The notes below the pieces were generated by a model. It was given only the letters and a program-made list of their open reading frames with translations. It was not told the origin of the DNA and made no database searches. Below, in pieces: positions 12,301 through 24,400 of a DNA stretch of 64,000 nucleotides. The DNA comes from Ruditapes philippinarum (taxonomy: Eukaryota): assembly GCF_026571515.1 (NCBI RefSeq), contig NW_026859735.1, forward strand, positions 62,001 to 126,000, read 5' to 3'. Position 1 is the stretch's first letter; the number at the start of each line of letters is the position of its first letter. Made by a program: the position numbers and the translations under genes.

Positions 12301-14503
12301 GTCTACAGTATGCGCTTCACTGACCATTCTGAATAAAACTAAATGATGCAAATGTTTCGCTTAGCATTCAACAACTCCGAAAGTATCAAAAACAGGCAAT
12401 TTCCAACAATAACTCTGTTTCGAAATCATGCAAATGAATAAGCAATCTTTAAAAAAAAATTAAGCTTGAACAAAATTTGTCAGTTCTAGAGGCCATTTCA
12501 CTTTTTGACAGCGCAACTTTATGGTAGTAGCTTTATATTGAAACCCATATGATAGAGGGATTTTATTAGTATTCATATTATGAAAGTTCTCGTTAATTAT
12601 AGGGCAAAAGGTTGTCAACGTTAGCAAATTATTCACTATTCAAAGTTCAAAAAAATATTTTTTCCATAGGTTGCAGTGACACCATCGCAAACTGTGCCGC
12701 TTACGACCCGTCCATTTGTACCAGCACCGACTACAAACAATGGGCATCGCAGAACTGTGCTGGCACATGCCATTTGTGCTGTAAGTAATTAATCAATAAG
12801 GTGTACACATGGAAGATTCTCAAAGTTTGGATGTTGCTTTTCGTCATGATCGGATTTATGTATGCAAAGAGAATAAAATGAAGCAAAAAACGTATCATAA
12901 CAAATTTTCCGTATTGAAACAGTGTATTTTGTTTAAATAAAACATCATTTAGCTGCGGAAAATTCTGTTTTTAATTTTAGCACTTCTATCTAACAAATCT
13001 AGAAATCCTTGCACATGTGTTCCTATTTTTATAGATAAAAAATTATCGGACCGAACTTGTTTTATTACAGCAAGTCAAACTTCCGGAGGTTCAATGACTG
13101 GTACCGTTACTGGAACTGGCGGTGGTGGTGTTATCACAGGAACAGGAACCATGACTGGAACCGGAACTGGAACTGGTGGCACCATGACAGGATCAGGTTC
13201 CGGTAAGCAATATTTTGTTATTTATTCCATGTTTTATTTCTAAGTACTTTAAACTTTATATTGCGTGCGTCCGTTCACGAGTACTGAAATATTTTTAAAA
13301 TTAGGCGGGCTTAAAATACTTTGTTCAATGAAATGTATTAATTTAATAACAATTTCTTTGACGAATGGAAATGCAAGTAAACTTCGTCATTTTGATTGAC
13401 TAATGAATACTAGGCTAAACGATGAATGCCAAGTATTGAATACGGATACAATTTCGTATTTCTTCGAAATTACAGTATTTTACCAGGAATCTTATGGATA
13501 CATTACATTATATGTAATTGTTTATCCTTACTTAGGCTGTGTTTATGCCGGACATCTGTATACACAAGGTCAATCTTGGAAGGACGGTTGTAAATTCAGA
13601 TGCCAGTGTGTAGAAGGAGCAACCGGAAAATACCAATGCACACAACTGTAAGCCTTTTCTTAGGATTTATAAGTCACGACAGTATTGGAGCAGTATCTCT
13701 GGACGCTTGCAGAAATCATGATCACAAAATAGAAAAATATAGCTTTTTCGCCGATTCTTACACTTTTCATTCATTACTGTTTAAAAATATGTGTGAACAG
13801 ATGCATTAGACGTCTTAAACAGAATATCGGCAGGTAAAAAAGGGGAGATTTAAACATTTAACCTTGTCCGGTTTATACCGGAATACGGTATTTAGAGTTT
13901 TGCTCCAACACTTTTTAGTCTTTTTAACATTAATTATTTCCTTCAATATTGAAGATAATCATAGCAATTCTGTGATGACTGGTGAGTTTTCATCTGGAAA
14001 GAAGAAGTTCGTTATTGAAAAAACAGAAACATATAACCCTAACCCTAACCCGAGAAAGGAGAAAAACAATTATCTAGCATGAGAAAATTTTCAAAGCCTT
14101 ACATTTTTGGGGGTGACAATGAGTACATTTAACCTCTGCAGAGCAATGCCATTTAGGAGAAAATAATCTAGTTGTTGCTGAAATGTGTTCCTCTACAGAA
14201 TGTTAATTTCAATGGGAAACCTAACTTGGGAAAAATTAATACTGTGCACAGTGTTGTATAGGGATGGTTGGTCGGTCTACAAAACGCTGCTTTACAAAGG
14301 TTACGTGTGTATAAGGTCTATAAAGCCTAATCTCGTTTTTTTGTACACTTGTTGAATATGTTGATATATTTTGCAGGTGTGTACAATGGCAGCTTCCACA
14401 ACAGTGTCACATGAACCCACCTGCACCAGGCAAATGTTGCCAGACCCCATCTTGTCCAGCTGGCTTTGACATCAAGTATCCAGTAGGATATACTGAAGAG
14501 TAG
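315..14503 (+). CDS. Multi-ShKT + Gly/Thr/Met-repeat + C-terminal VWC protein, 5'-partial (14 exons: 315-560, 826-939, 1173-1223, 2545-2622, 3177-3290, 6049-6153, 7009-7140, 10589-10666, 10797-10919, 11289-11417, 12670-12780, 13071-13202, 13536-13647, 14377-14503)
   Basis: Every exon is bounded by AG/GT and they join in frame. Five exons encode six-Cys ShKT modules C-x6-C-x7/9-C-x12-C-x3-C-x2-C (e.g. CADKLPDCASYDHSICDQASYHDWVFENCQHWCNKC) and seven encode (GTMTGG)-type linkers. The last two encode a 10-Cys VWC domain (CVYAGHLYTQGQSWKDGCKFRCQC...GKCCQTPSC), with stop TAG at 14501-14503. The start codon and signal peptide lie upstream of the window. The donor of the first exon (560 vs 557) is slightly ambiguous. 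Confidence 0.9.
1230..1600 (-). pseudogene. Possible decayed transposon accessory ORF fragment (SWIM-finger-like, Kolobok/ISL2EU type) in an intron
   Basis: Broken minus-strand frames read ...ILKHFGDIKVSAKG...KYIAADIQA / KLFAIHVKSDKKLSNAGYCTC, resembling the lead-in to a SWIM C-x-C motif. Frameshifted; the rest of the motif is missing. Confidence 0.3.
3409..5319. mobile_element. Non-autonomous foldback DNA transposon with ~650-bp terminal inverted repeats (CCGTA termini, Tc1/pogo-like)
   Basis: 3409-4081 is the reverse complement of 4671-5319 at high identity (ccgtattaccggcg...cagtgatggcagatcactgcag / ...cgccggtaatacgg). Spacer ~590 bp. Right flank TA, left flank CA. No transposase. Confidence 0.85.
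7703..9990. repeat. 32-bp minisatellite (~70 copies), consensus cacttcttacaccctgaacattactcactgag
   Basis: Directly visible tandem array in the intron between ShKT exon 7009-7140 and linker exon 10589-10666. Period 32 (e.g. unit starts at 9131 and 9163). Confidence 0.97.
11975..12152. repeat. ~100-bp-period direct duplication (acacgtgtagtct.tagc.gggcaag.caaa.ccc...ttgcgg...ctttgacttccccgtat), probably a transposon end
   Basis: Two diverged GC-rich copies near 11981-12047 and 12081-12152. Confidence 0.55.
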
Positions 14504-16175
14504 AATCGAATTGTTTGAAATGTTATGGAATTAAGAAATTTAAAAAAAAATGATAAAAAATCAATGTTTGTATTGTTATATTTATATATACCATATATAT
14601 AGCACTAATTACCTCTTTAAAAAAATACACCACAAGGCATTTACTTACTTTAACATTACCCCATGACGTATGACGCTCGGGCAGCCTACCAGGACAGTGG
14701 TCATACAAAGCCTTTGGGTGAGATTATAGTTGTTTTAGTGAAGTTGTCGTATGATATATGTGCATGGTTAGCACGGAATGGTTTTCATATTGATGGTTTT
14801 CGATCACGAGACATATAATGAAATTACCACAGACCTAAAATATATCACTTCTCATTTAATATACTTTGTAAAAATTTTATGGTCTATTGTCCTGTCAGTC
14901 AACAATTGTCTTAATATACAGGCATCATAGCCATAGAATTGAACAATTTTAGATGGTCATTAACTTCATAGTGTCTGTGGCATTTGTAGGTAAAAATAAA
15001 TTAACTTGTAGGAAAAGAATATTCTAAACGGAGAAAATACTTTGTTTTGACCCCAGATGACCCACATTCGAACTTGAGCATGACTCTTCTAACCCATTTC
15101 ACGGATATTTGAACCGAAAACGTTCGCTTTAGAGTGTAAACAAAGTTTTTCCATATTTGGGCTGTGTGACATAGATTTAACTCCAGGAAGCTGCTGGAAA
15201 TCACCAAAACAACCTATCTGACAAATTGTCAGGATGTTTGTGCTGTGCCCAGATAAACCATATTTAAACTAAAGCTAGAAGTAATCTTAACAACCTTTCT
15301 GGCCAGTTTCCAGGATATTTGGATCGATACAGTTCCGCCACGCTTTTCCATATTTACGCTGTGTAACCCAGTTTTTGACTCAAGGTCATGACCTTGAAAT
15401 CATTTAAACAATCTTTCTGACAAATGTTAAGGATATTGGTGCTAAATGTTTTTCTCTAGGTTGTAAAACAATGTGGTTGGTTTTTTTCTCCATAATTGGA
15501 CTGTGTGGCCCAGTTTTTGGTCCCAGATAATCCATATTCGATCTTGAGCTAAAAAGTAACTAAACTACCTTTCTGACTAACTTCCAGGTTATTTGGACCG
15601 AAACAGTAGCAACTAGAGTATTAACAAGTTCTTTCTTCTTCTTCTTTTTCTTTTTTTTTAAGGTGAGATAAAAAAAATGACCTTGAATGTCAGTCATTTA
15701 TGAATGCGGGTCAAGTTCAGTCTCAACTTGAAGGTCTTGTCCAAGGAGTTGTTGTGTTTTACAGTACTCCATTAAGAAAAAACGCAATTGGGACCAAAAC
15801 TGCCACATTATATTCATCTCCCCAACTCCCTTAAAAATTGATTTTGTTAAACTAATTTTGTATACAGGGACATATAAAAAGAACCAATGGCTGTATTGAA
15901 TGTAAACACTTACATATACCAATCATAGTGACATTACTATGTCATTGATTGTTTAGCAGTTAATTGTCTTGTTTTTTTGTCAAGTACACATGTATAATAT
16001 ATACGTTTCAAACTTCTTTATTTCTATAGTTCATTGTAATAACATAATCATTGCACTTCTCATTGTAATAAAATTTAATGGTTATAAATGTGGGTAAAAA
16101 CATTTAAATATGTTCTTCTGCTCAATAAATATTTAACTGAAATTGTTAATTTAAATTTAATATTGGCAACAAGTA

Positions 16176-16862
16176 TACGAGAAATGATCAAAAAGTTCTC
16201 GGCCTGATATTCTTCTAGCCACTACACTGACATTTACACACGATGCGTCGATACCGATATCTTATTAAAGATTACTGACCGAGCTACACACGGTTTTACA
16301 CAGATTAAGTAACATAAAACACACTTTAGTCAGTAAAGGGGTGTATCATTTAGACTAAATGGAGAAAGTTGAAATTAGAGCCGAAATTAAGTTTTGTAAG
16401 AATGGGATGCCCCCCCCCCTCCCCCAAAGGAAATCCATGAAGGCTTCATGGATACACTTGGGAAGGAGTCCCCTTCCTATAGCACTGTAAAAAAATAGTT
16501 GCTGAATTTTAGAGGGGCGGAGAGAGCATTGGAGATGATCAGCGGCCTGAGCGGCCACCATGGCAACGATGAAACTGCCGAAGCTGTGCACGATCTGGTC
16601 ATGTGCGACAGAAGGCCAGACCTGCAAAGCATTGCTAGGGAAGTGGGTATAAGCTTTGGTTCAGTTCAGGCAATTCTGATGTCTATGGCACCTCAAAGGT
16701 TTCCGCTAGATTGGGTCCCCAGACAGTTGACTGACGACCAGAAACGGACCGGGGTTGACATTTCAAAACATCTTTTGTCTCGCTACAAGGATGAACCTGA
16801 TTTTATCTACCGGATCGTAACTCAATACGAAACATGGGTCCATCACTTCGATCCAGAATCCA
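16176..16862 (+). mobile_element. Truncated, frameshifted mariner transposon remnant
   Basis: TA followed by a mariner-like TIR (tacgagaaatgatcaaaaagttctcggcctga at 16176). ATG at 16359 gives MEKVEIRAEIKF, then after frameshifts KEIHEGFMDTLGKESPSYSTVKK*, IAREVGISFGSVQAIL (HTH), WVPRQLT (mariner WVPHEL-type motif) and IVTQYETWVHHFDPES (start of the DDD domain, catalytic D altered). 3' half and right TIR are absent. Confidence 0.9.
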
Positions 16863-17284
16863 TACATCTCTAAATGATTTCAGCGAAAATAAGGCAAATT
16901 AAAAGAACCACTGATCTTAAAAATGCTTCCTCTTTCCAGAAATGATAATTTGTAAGAGTTATCAACGTCCCCTACCTAAGGGAAGTTTTACATGAAGCAC
17001 AAACTTGAGGTATGGATCTGGACTTTCAGTGCACAATTTTGATCAATGCTAGGTCTGCATATGCAAGTAACAATAAATTCATTAAAGAAATATAATGAAA
17101 TAACCCCTGTGTATGTGTCAACAGAAATACATTTGTATAGTTATCACTATTTCAAAGTCAAAAAATGAGACAAATACAAAATGGATTAAACTGGGTATAT
17201 TTTCGTGTCCAGTCCTCAATCAAGTTATGTGGGCAATTCACCAAAGCATTCTTTTTGCATGGACTTGACTTGGCATCATACCCT

Positions 17285-18042
17285 GTAAAAGAATATTTTA
17301 GGCTTTGACCTCAGTGTGACCTTGACCTTTGAGGTAGGGGTCTAGGTGTTGCGCATGACATGTCGTAATATTATTGTTAACATTTGTGCAGTTATTTTAA
17401 AATCCCTTGATAGATGAAAATGTTATACACTGCACAATAACAGACCATGTTAAGCTTAAGCACTAAAGTGGGACCTCGACATTAAAGGTAGGAGTCGGAC
17501 TGTTGCATATAACACATGGTTCCATTGTGAACATTTGTGTCAAAATCCCTTTAACAATAAATAAATTATGGACTGCACACAAGATATATCCTATAAAAGA
17601 CCATGCCAAGTTATATTGAAATCCTCTATACATGTAGAAGTTTTGCTGGGACAAGCGTTTTTCAATGACCTTGACCTAGTTAGTGACCGGACACAAAATA
17701 TACCCTGAAACAGACTATGTTAATATTTGACCTCCAACTGTGACCTTGACCTTGGAGGCAGTCAACTGGTAATTGCGCATGACGCATCGTCTCTTTATTG
17801 TTAACATTTGTGCCAAGTATTTTCAAAATTCCTTCACGGAAAAGAAATTTTACCCTCTAGACACTGTTGACCTTTAATCACCAAGTGTGACCTTGACCTT
17901 GTAGGAAGGGGTCCGGTTGTTGTGCATGACACATCGTCTTATTATTACAAACATTTGTGCCAAGTTATTTCCAATTCCTTTGATAAATGACATAATTATG
18001 GACCGGACACAAAAATGTGACAGGCGGACGGACAGACGGATG
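17285..18042 (+). mobile_element. Pearl/HINE-like (non-autonomous Helentron-type) tandem-core repeat, degenerate
   Basis: Repeated core gtgaccttgacctt...gttgcgcatgaca..tcgt...aacatttgtgccaagttattt, ending in a (gacg/gaca) microsatellite at 18019-18040. Confidence 0.65.
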
Positions 18043-19162
18043 TGCTCAAAGTTTGGTATTTAAGTGGCTACTCTTTTGTTATCTCTTTTGTTCTTTTAGC
18101 GATGTAAGAGAAAAAGTACCACATAAGAGCTTACTAAATGAATAGCATCAAAAGAAATTTACTGTTAGTAACTTACCTATTGTTCCCATTGCCCCCGAAG
18201 TATCAATATGTTTGGACAGACAGATTTCTATATCAGACGGGGGACAATTATCATTATGTAAAAATCAAACACAACAAAAAATATGTTTATATTATTTTAT
18301 TAAATCAACCTCACACCACACGCTAACAACAAAAAGGATATACACTGTTTACATATGGAAGCAAAAATACACCAAATACATGAAAATTGCATACATTCTA
18401 CCATGGGTAAATTTTACTGGATTACAATCTAAAATATTCTGTATCAATGTGCATCAAATTTTGAAAACCCTTAACCTGCTGAATTTTTGTAATGGAACAG
18501 CCCAGCTTTGAATTTGGAACAGTTTATTCAAAGTTTAAGGGGTTTTATTATCAAAATACAAAAACTAAATTACCAAAAGTATAGAACTTGGTCAGTCTGC
18601 TCTATACTGCTGGAAAAAGCATAACATTTATCAATTCCAGCAGATTCAGGGTTATATTACATCACAAATAGTTCTTATTTATCCCAAATTCTACTTCAAA
18701 CATAGTTTTTTATAGATGCCAAATTCTACTTCAAAAATAGTTTTTTAGATCCAAAAAAAGTTTTTTAGAGATCCCAAATTTTCTCAATAATTATTGTATT
18801 TTTCAGGAGGCCATATCTTAGAGAATAAAAATATAAATTCACTTTTTTTTTTACTTCATTAACATCTAAACCCATCAACAAAGTACTTTAGGGGAGACAA
18901 ACTAATTGTACAATATGTAACACACAAACCAGATACAGAATCTTCAATGTGACCATAAATATTACATTGTTTAAAAAACTACTTTTTTATTGTTTTCTTA
19001 TGATAAAGCAGATTTTCTTGCTACCTCAGTTTCTGTTTGGAAGTTAGTATCTGGGTCATGTAAAAGCCACGAAAAAATGGGTATTTTACAGTGAAATCTA
19101 GTTATCTAAAATTCAGACAAGTTTGAAAAATCTGACATCTGGTGGCTTATTTCATACATATA

Positions 19163-20346
19163 CAGGCCTCGACTCTAACTTTTTTAGCAGGTGGTACGCC
19201 GGACCACTAGATTTGAAAGTTAGGTGGTCCTTCCAGAAGTCAGGTGGTCAGTTATCATTATTAAATCATTTTACTGCAAATGTAGAAAAAAATGAACTTG
19301 ATGACAAAGATGTATTATTAACCTATAAAGAAAACAGATATTTTTAGATAAATATTTTTCATCTAATCAGAAAAAGGAGAGCAAATCAGTAGGTATTCTA
19401 TCGTACAGTTATTTGTTTGTTTGTTTGTTTTTATGTCATTCAAAAAAACACATCAGAGCTCTTATTTATGTTAACTTTTATATTGAAGTGATTACTCCCT
19501 CAACTCAAGTTAGGGAATTATTAGTGAAACCATTTGTGTCTGTTATTTTCTTACTGTTATTCAAATATTCATTGCTGATAAGTCATGATAATCTATTATA
19601 GATAAACATTTTTAATGAAACTAATAAACTATCTAATCTAAATTATTAAAATAATAACAATGTTATAGATAACTATAGTTTAGCTTATTTTTCTCACATA
19701 TTTATAATACAGAATTTTTACCTCCCTGTTGCTTGTTGGTTGATATTCATTTTTGACATTGAGTATTTTTAACCTTTTAAAGTATTTTTAACTCTAGGAG
19801 AAATAGATCTCTTATTGTTATACAGTTAAAATAAAGATAAATAGCAAAGAATTTCTAGATGTATTTTTTCCAGTTCCTTTCGTTTGCTGCCGTTAATTTA
19901 AGTTTATCCGATATCATATAATTACCATCATCGGATACTCACGGTTGAACATAACATAAATGTTAATGGTTCTGCCGTGGGTATCAGACAATGCATAATT
20001 ACTAGCACCATTTTAATGAATTTTGTACCTAAATTAATATCACAAATTCTTAACTTTTTTAACTTGCATAAACAAAATTTTGGCGACTTCAAATGAAAGT
20101 TATTGATGACATAGGGAACTTCTTTAACTAATCAGAGATTAATGAACCATATACATGTACATCGGACACATGATTTTAAACAAAAGTATATAACATGTTT
20201 TTGACCAATCGCCATTCTCCCAAATGAGCCTTGCATCAACCAGGAAATTCAAGTGGTCAGACGGACCAGTGGGTTTTAAAATTAGGTGGTCCTTGCCAAA
20301 ATCAAGTGGTCTCGGACCAACGGACCACCGCTAATGTCGAGGCCTG
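19163..20346. mobile_element. Non-autonomous hAT-like element with 11-bp TIR caggcctcgac and apparent 6-bp TSD catata
   Basis: caggcctcgac at 19163 and gtcgaggcctg ending at 20346. catata sits directly before (19157-19162) and after (20347-20352). Clustered subterminal ggtggtc/ggacca motifs at both ends. Confidence 0.8.
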
Positions 20347-20593
20347 CATATACCACACATTGACCAACATTTATATGCCTTTTTAAAAGTATTTATTCCT
20401 TATAGAATTTCTACAAAATTCATTAGCTACTTGGGAAGAGGATTTTTTTTTTAAATAGTCACTTAAAAATTAATAGAGCTTAATGGAATTTAAGAACTTT
20501 ATAATTTTATCAATATTTCCATGAAATTTTATATGTGTATTTGAAATAAAAAGTACATTCTAGATAAAGTTTGTAAAATTGGCCAAGTTCATC

Positions 20594-21430
20594 AAACAAG
20601 AGCTGTCCGTAAGACAGCGCGCTCGACTTTTTTATTGCTTGCCAATAAAAAAAGTTTTTGCAGTAAAAGGCAATACAAGAATCTCTGTATTTTTAAAGTG
20701 AACAATGGCCATAATTCAAATAAAATCTTTGACAGAATTACCTTCTCCTGGACATGTTTGGGAATCATGATTGTAAACAAGTATTCCAACTTTCAAATTA
20801 ATATCTCAAACAGTTCAGTCAAAAAGTGGACTGGTACTAAAAACTTAACCAAGATTCTAAGTCGATAAAAGGCCTTAATTTTTAAAACAAATCCTTGACA
20901 GAGTTACCTTCTCTTGCGTACAGATGGGGGTAATGATGTGAAATAGCATTAAAAGTTTCAAAGCAATATCTCAAAGGGTTAAGGCAATAAGTGGATTTTA
21001 CCCATATTCAATGTATTTTCTAAGTCAAAAAGGGGCATAATTCTGTCAAAAAACCTTGACAGAGTTATGTCCTCTTGTCTGTTGATGAAGGTCGTGATGG
21101 TAAACAAGTATGGTCAGTTTCAAAGCAATACCTCCAATGGTTTTGAAATAAAGTGAGGTGGTACAAAAAACTTAACCAAGCTCAATACACTTTCTAAGTC
21201 AAAAAAGGGCCATAATTCTGTCAAAAACCTTGACAGAGTTATGTACTCTTGTCTGTAGATGGAGGTTATGATGGTGAACAAGTATGGTAAGTTTCAAAGC
21301 CATACTTGTAATACTTCTGAAATAAAGTGGGGTGGTACGAAAAACTTAACCAAGGTGTGACGCCAACGCCGACGCCGACGCCGGGGCGAGTAGGATAGCT
21401 CCCCTTTTCATAGAAAAGTCAAGCTAAAAA
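20594..21430 (+). mobile_element. Pearl/HINE-like element, copy 1 (subterminal IR, ~4 core repeats of 160-175 bp, (gacgcc)n, 3' hairpin)
   Basis: Starts aaacaagagctgtccgtaagacagcgcgctcgacttttt and ends gaaaagtcaagctaaaaa. Core units begin near 20856, 21019 and 21193. Near-identical copy at 51155-51960 and an old copy at ~55257-55535. Confidence 0.85.
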
Positions 21431-24400
21431 GAAAGAATTCTGATTTCATTCTTAGAAGTCTCTACTACCATTTCTCTTACATAAGTTTTATACCGTCACT
21501 CCTACACTGTCAAAAAAAATTAAAAATCTACCATTCACAGATCTTCTATACAATTCTCTTCCAAGGGGAAACAACCATCATTCAATTCAGTTAAGTTTCG
21601 ACCCATTAAGACGTTTATAATATCATCTAATTCTCCGCAACAAAAAAAGAAGTTCTCATCAACACGGCTCGTTCTTCTCTTATAAAAGACTTAATCTTTT
21701 CACGACACATACTGTTTACTTATTTTCATCCTCTTAAAATTTAACAGTGTAAAAATAAACTTTTTATCAAAACCACAATCGTTAAAAAAATGAACCAAAT
21801 TGTGGTTTGAAAAAAAAATCTCTATAAAATAATCTGTATGGGCAGAAATGACCTTGATTAGCAAAGTAAAATATGGCAGGACTAGAACTGTTTCTCTGTT
21901 TAACAGAATAAAAAAATATATAACAAATTTCAATAACAACAAAATGCTGTATATATGTAAAACGAAAATTGCTTTCTCCGTCCACTTAAAACGATCATGG
22001 AACAATAACATATTCAACAATACAAGTTTCATACTCGTCAGATTTCGCCCCGCCCTCTCAGACTTTTTTGAGCAATAAAAATATAGTTTGACCCACTCCT
22101 TTATCTTTGTCTACTTCATTACCTTACATAAATGATCATACAGTATACTACGTATAAGGTGTTTCTTTACAGAAATGTGGCTATTTTTCACGGTTTTGAG
22201 ATATATCATATACCGTTACCATGGAAACTGCCATTTTACAAAAATTCCATTCACATACAAGATCTTCACAGTAAATGGGTATTCAAGGAACTAACTTTCA
22301 ATGTCATATAATATTACCAGTCTTTTCTGTATTAAAGAAACACCTTTAACAATAATATAAAAAAAAATCCACTCTCTTCTTACTCATAAACCTCGACACT
22401 TTCCTAATTAACCACTTTTGTTACCATGGTAACAACAAAAATGAACAATATTCATTATTTTCAACAACAACGAAAAAAAAAAAAGTAAACCTCAACCATA
22501 ACTATAGTGACTCATTCCAGTTCTAACAATAATTAACTACTTGGATAAACTAACATATTTCACACACAAGATGACGAAACAGGTCAAGGTCACTTCTGCC
22601 CAATAGGTGATCAGTGTAAAAACTTCATGGAATTATATAGCACTTAGAGTACATTATTATTAACAATTTTAAGCAAATATATACAATATAAAAAAGGTAT
22701 TATGTACAATTTAACAATATAAGTATAGGTATTTTTAAATAAATGAATCCACAGTTGAAACTATTGTCTACAGTATCATTTTCCAAAGAAGTTCACCAAT
22801 ATTAAGACTATCAATAGCTTGTGTAAATTCAACAATCCATTTTGCCATGTTTTGCATTTTTTGTTTGTAAGATTTTAAGTCTCAATGACACTGTAGCAGT
22901 CATCTTAGTGATTTTCCTGTTTTACTTGTGAAAGAAAACCATCAACATCCTATATGGATATCTTCCGAGCATCAAGTATCAAAAGTCCTGTGCAGGAGTT
23001 GACAAACAGTGACAAGTGGCAAGTGTATCAATGTCAGTAACTTTAACCACTTGGCAATTAAAGCCCTCTAGATTTCTTCACAAATTCAAATACAGTCTAG
23101 TCCATGTAGACCAACATTTGTTAATTTATCTTACTATACCGAAAGATGTGAATGGCTGAATTTAAACTAGCCATTGATAGATGAATTGCTTCAAAGGCTT
23201 CCCTATAAAACATTTTCCACTTTTAAATATTTTAGTAACAATTATGACTAACTTTTACCAGCTAATAGTTTTTGTTGTTTTTTTTATACTACCAAACTTG
23301 TCTTTAGACAAACATAACATAGTTTCAACAAATGGATTCAAATTTTACATAAGATATGGCTTTACTTGCTAAGGAAGGAGAGAAAGAAATACATTTTTTA
23401 CAACATTTACCCACCTACAAAGACTAACTTTTTCTAAAATTTAACAAGTCCCTGTCCTAAAGCTAAATTACCACAGAATGTGATTTTCTAGAAATGAATT
23501 TCTCAGCAAATAAAACCATATCCATAATTATAATTTTATATTTCTATATATAACAATGTACACAACCACATAAAATGAAGTCTAGCAACAATCCAGTGCC
23601 CAAGGTTATAAAATGTGAGCTGATCTAAATACTGCATCTTGATTGGTCCATTTCAAACTGCAAACCTTCAAAATCGACCAATGAGGTGAATTTGTCTCGA
23701 TTTTATAATTTTACAACCTCGGGACTAGGCCATACAACTGCAAAGAACTGACAAGAATAAAACATGTAATATTTAACTTTGGTTTTGAATCACATCAGCG
23801 TCACTCATTCTACATACTTTTAAGCATCGTCCAAACCACGAGCAATTTGGCACAGAGTAAAATTCCTGAAGTGTGTGACAATAAAAAAAAAGAAAACACG
23901 AAGTCCTTGAGCATTGTATCTATGGCCTAATCTCACGTGATAATATAGTAAAACAAAACTTGATCACACTATGCACTGTCACAGAGATGGAAACAGACGA
24001 ACAGCCAACAATTAATATACATAAGCCTATGATTTCAATGCATCATCTAACATTCTATTTTCTTCAGTTAAGCAAAGTACATCTATCACATTAACAAAGT
24101 TTGACTATCACAGCAGTAGGACTGCTGTTATGTATAATGACTAACTTTATCACTGCAGAAACGCACTATATGATATGTTTTTATCATTAAATTTCCTTTT
24201 TTAAACGAGGCTAAAGAAAAGTCGGTTATTTATAGCCGGTATTTCCTCTACCGGACTCCAAATGTAATGTAGCCGGACAAATATACCACTGTTTGAAATT
24301 TATAGGGGATTTTTACCCAAATCACTAACATGTTATGGTGTTTATGTTTTGTCTGAAAGCATATTTTTTTTTTTTAATTGAAATTTTGCTTACCAGTAAT

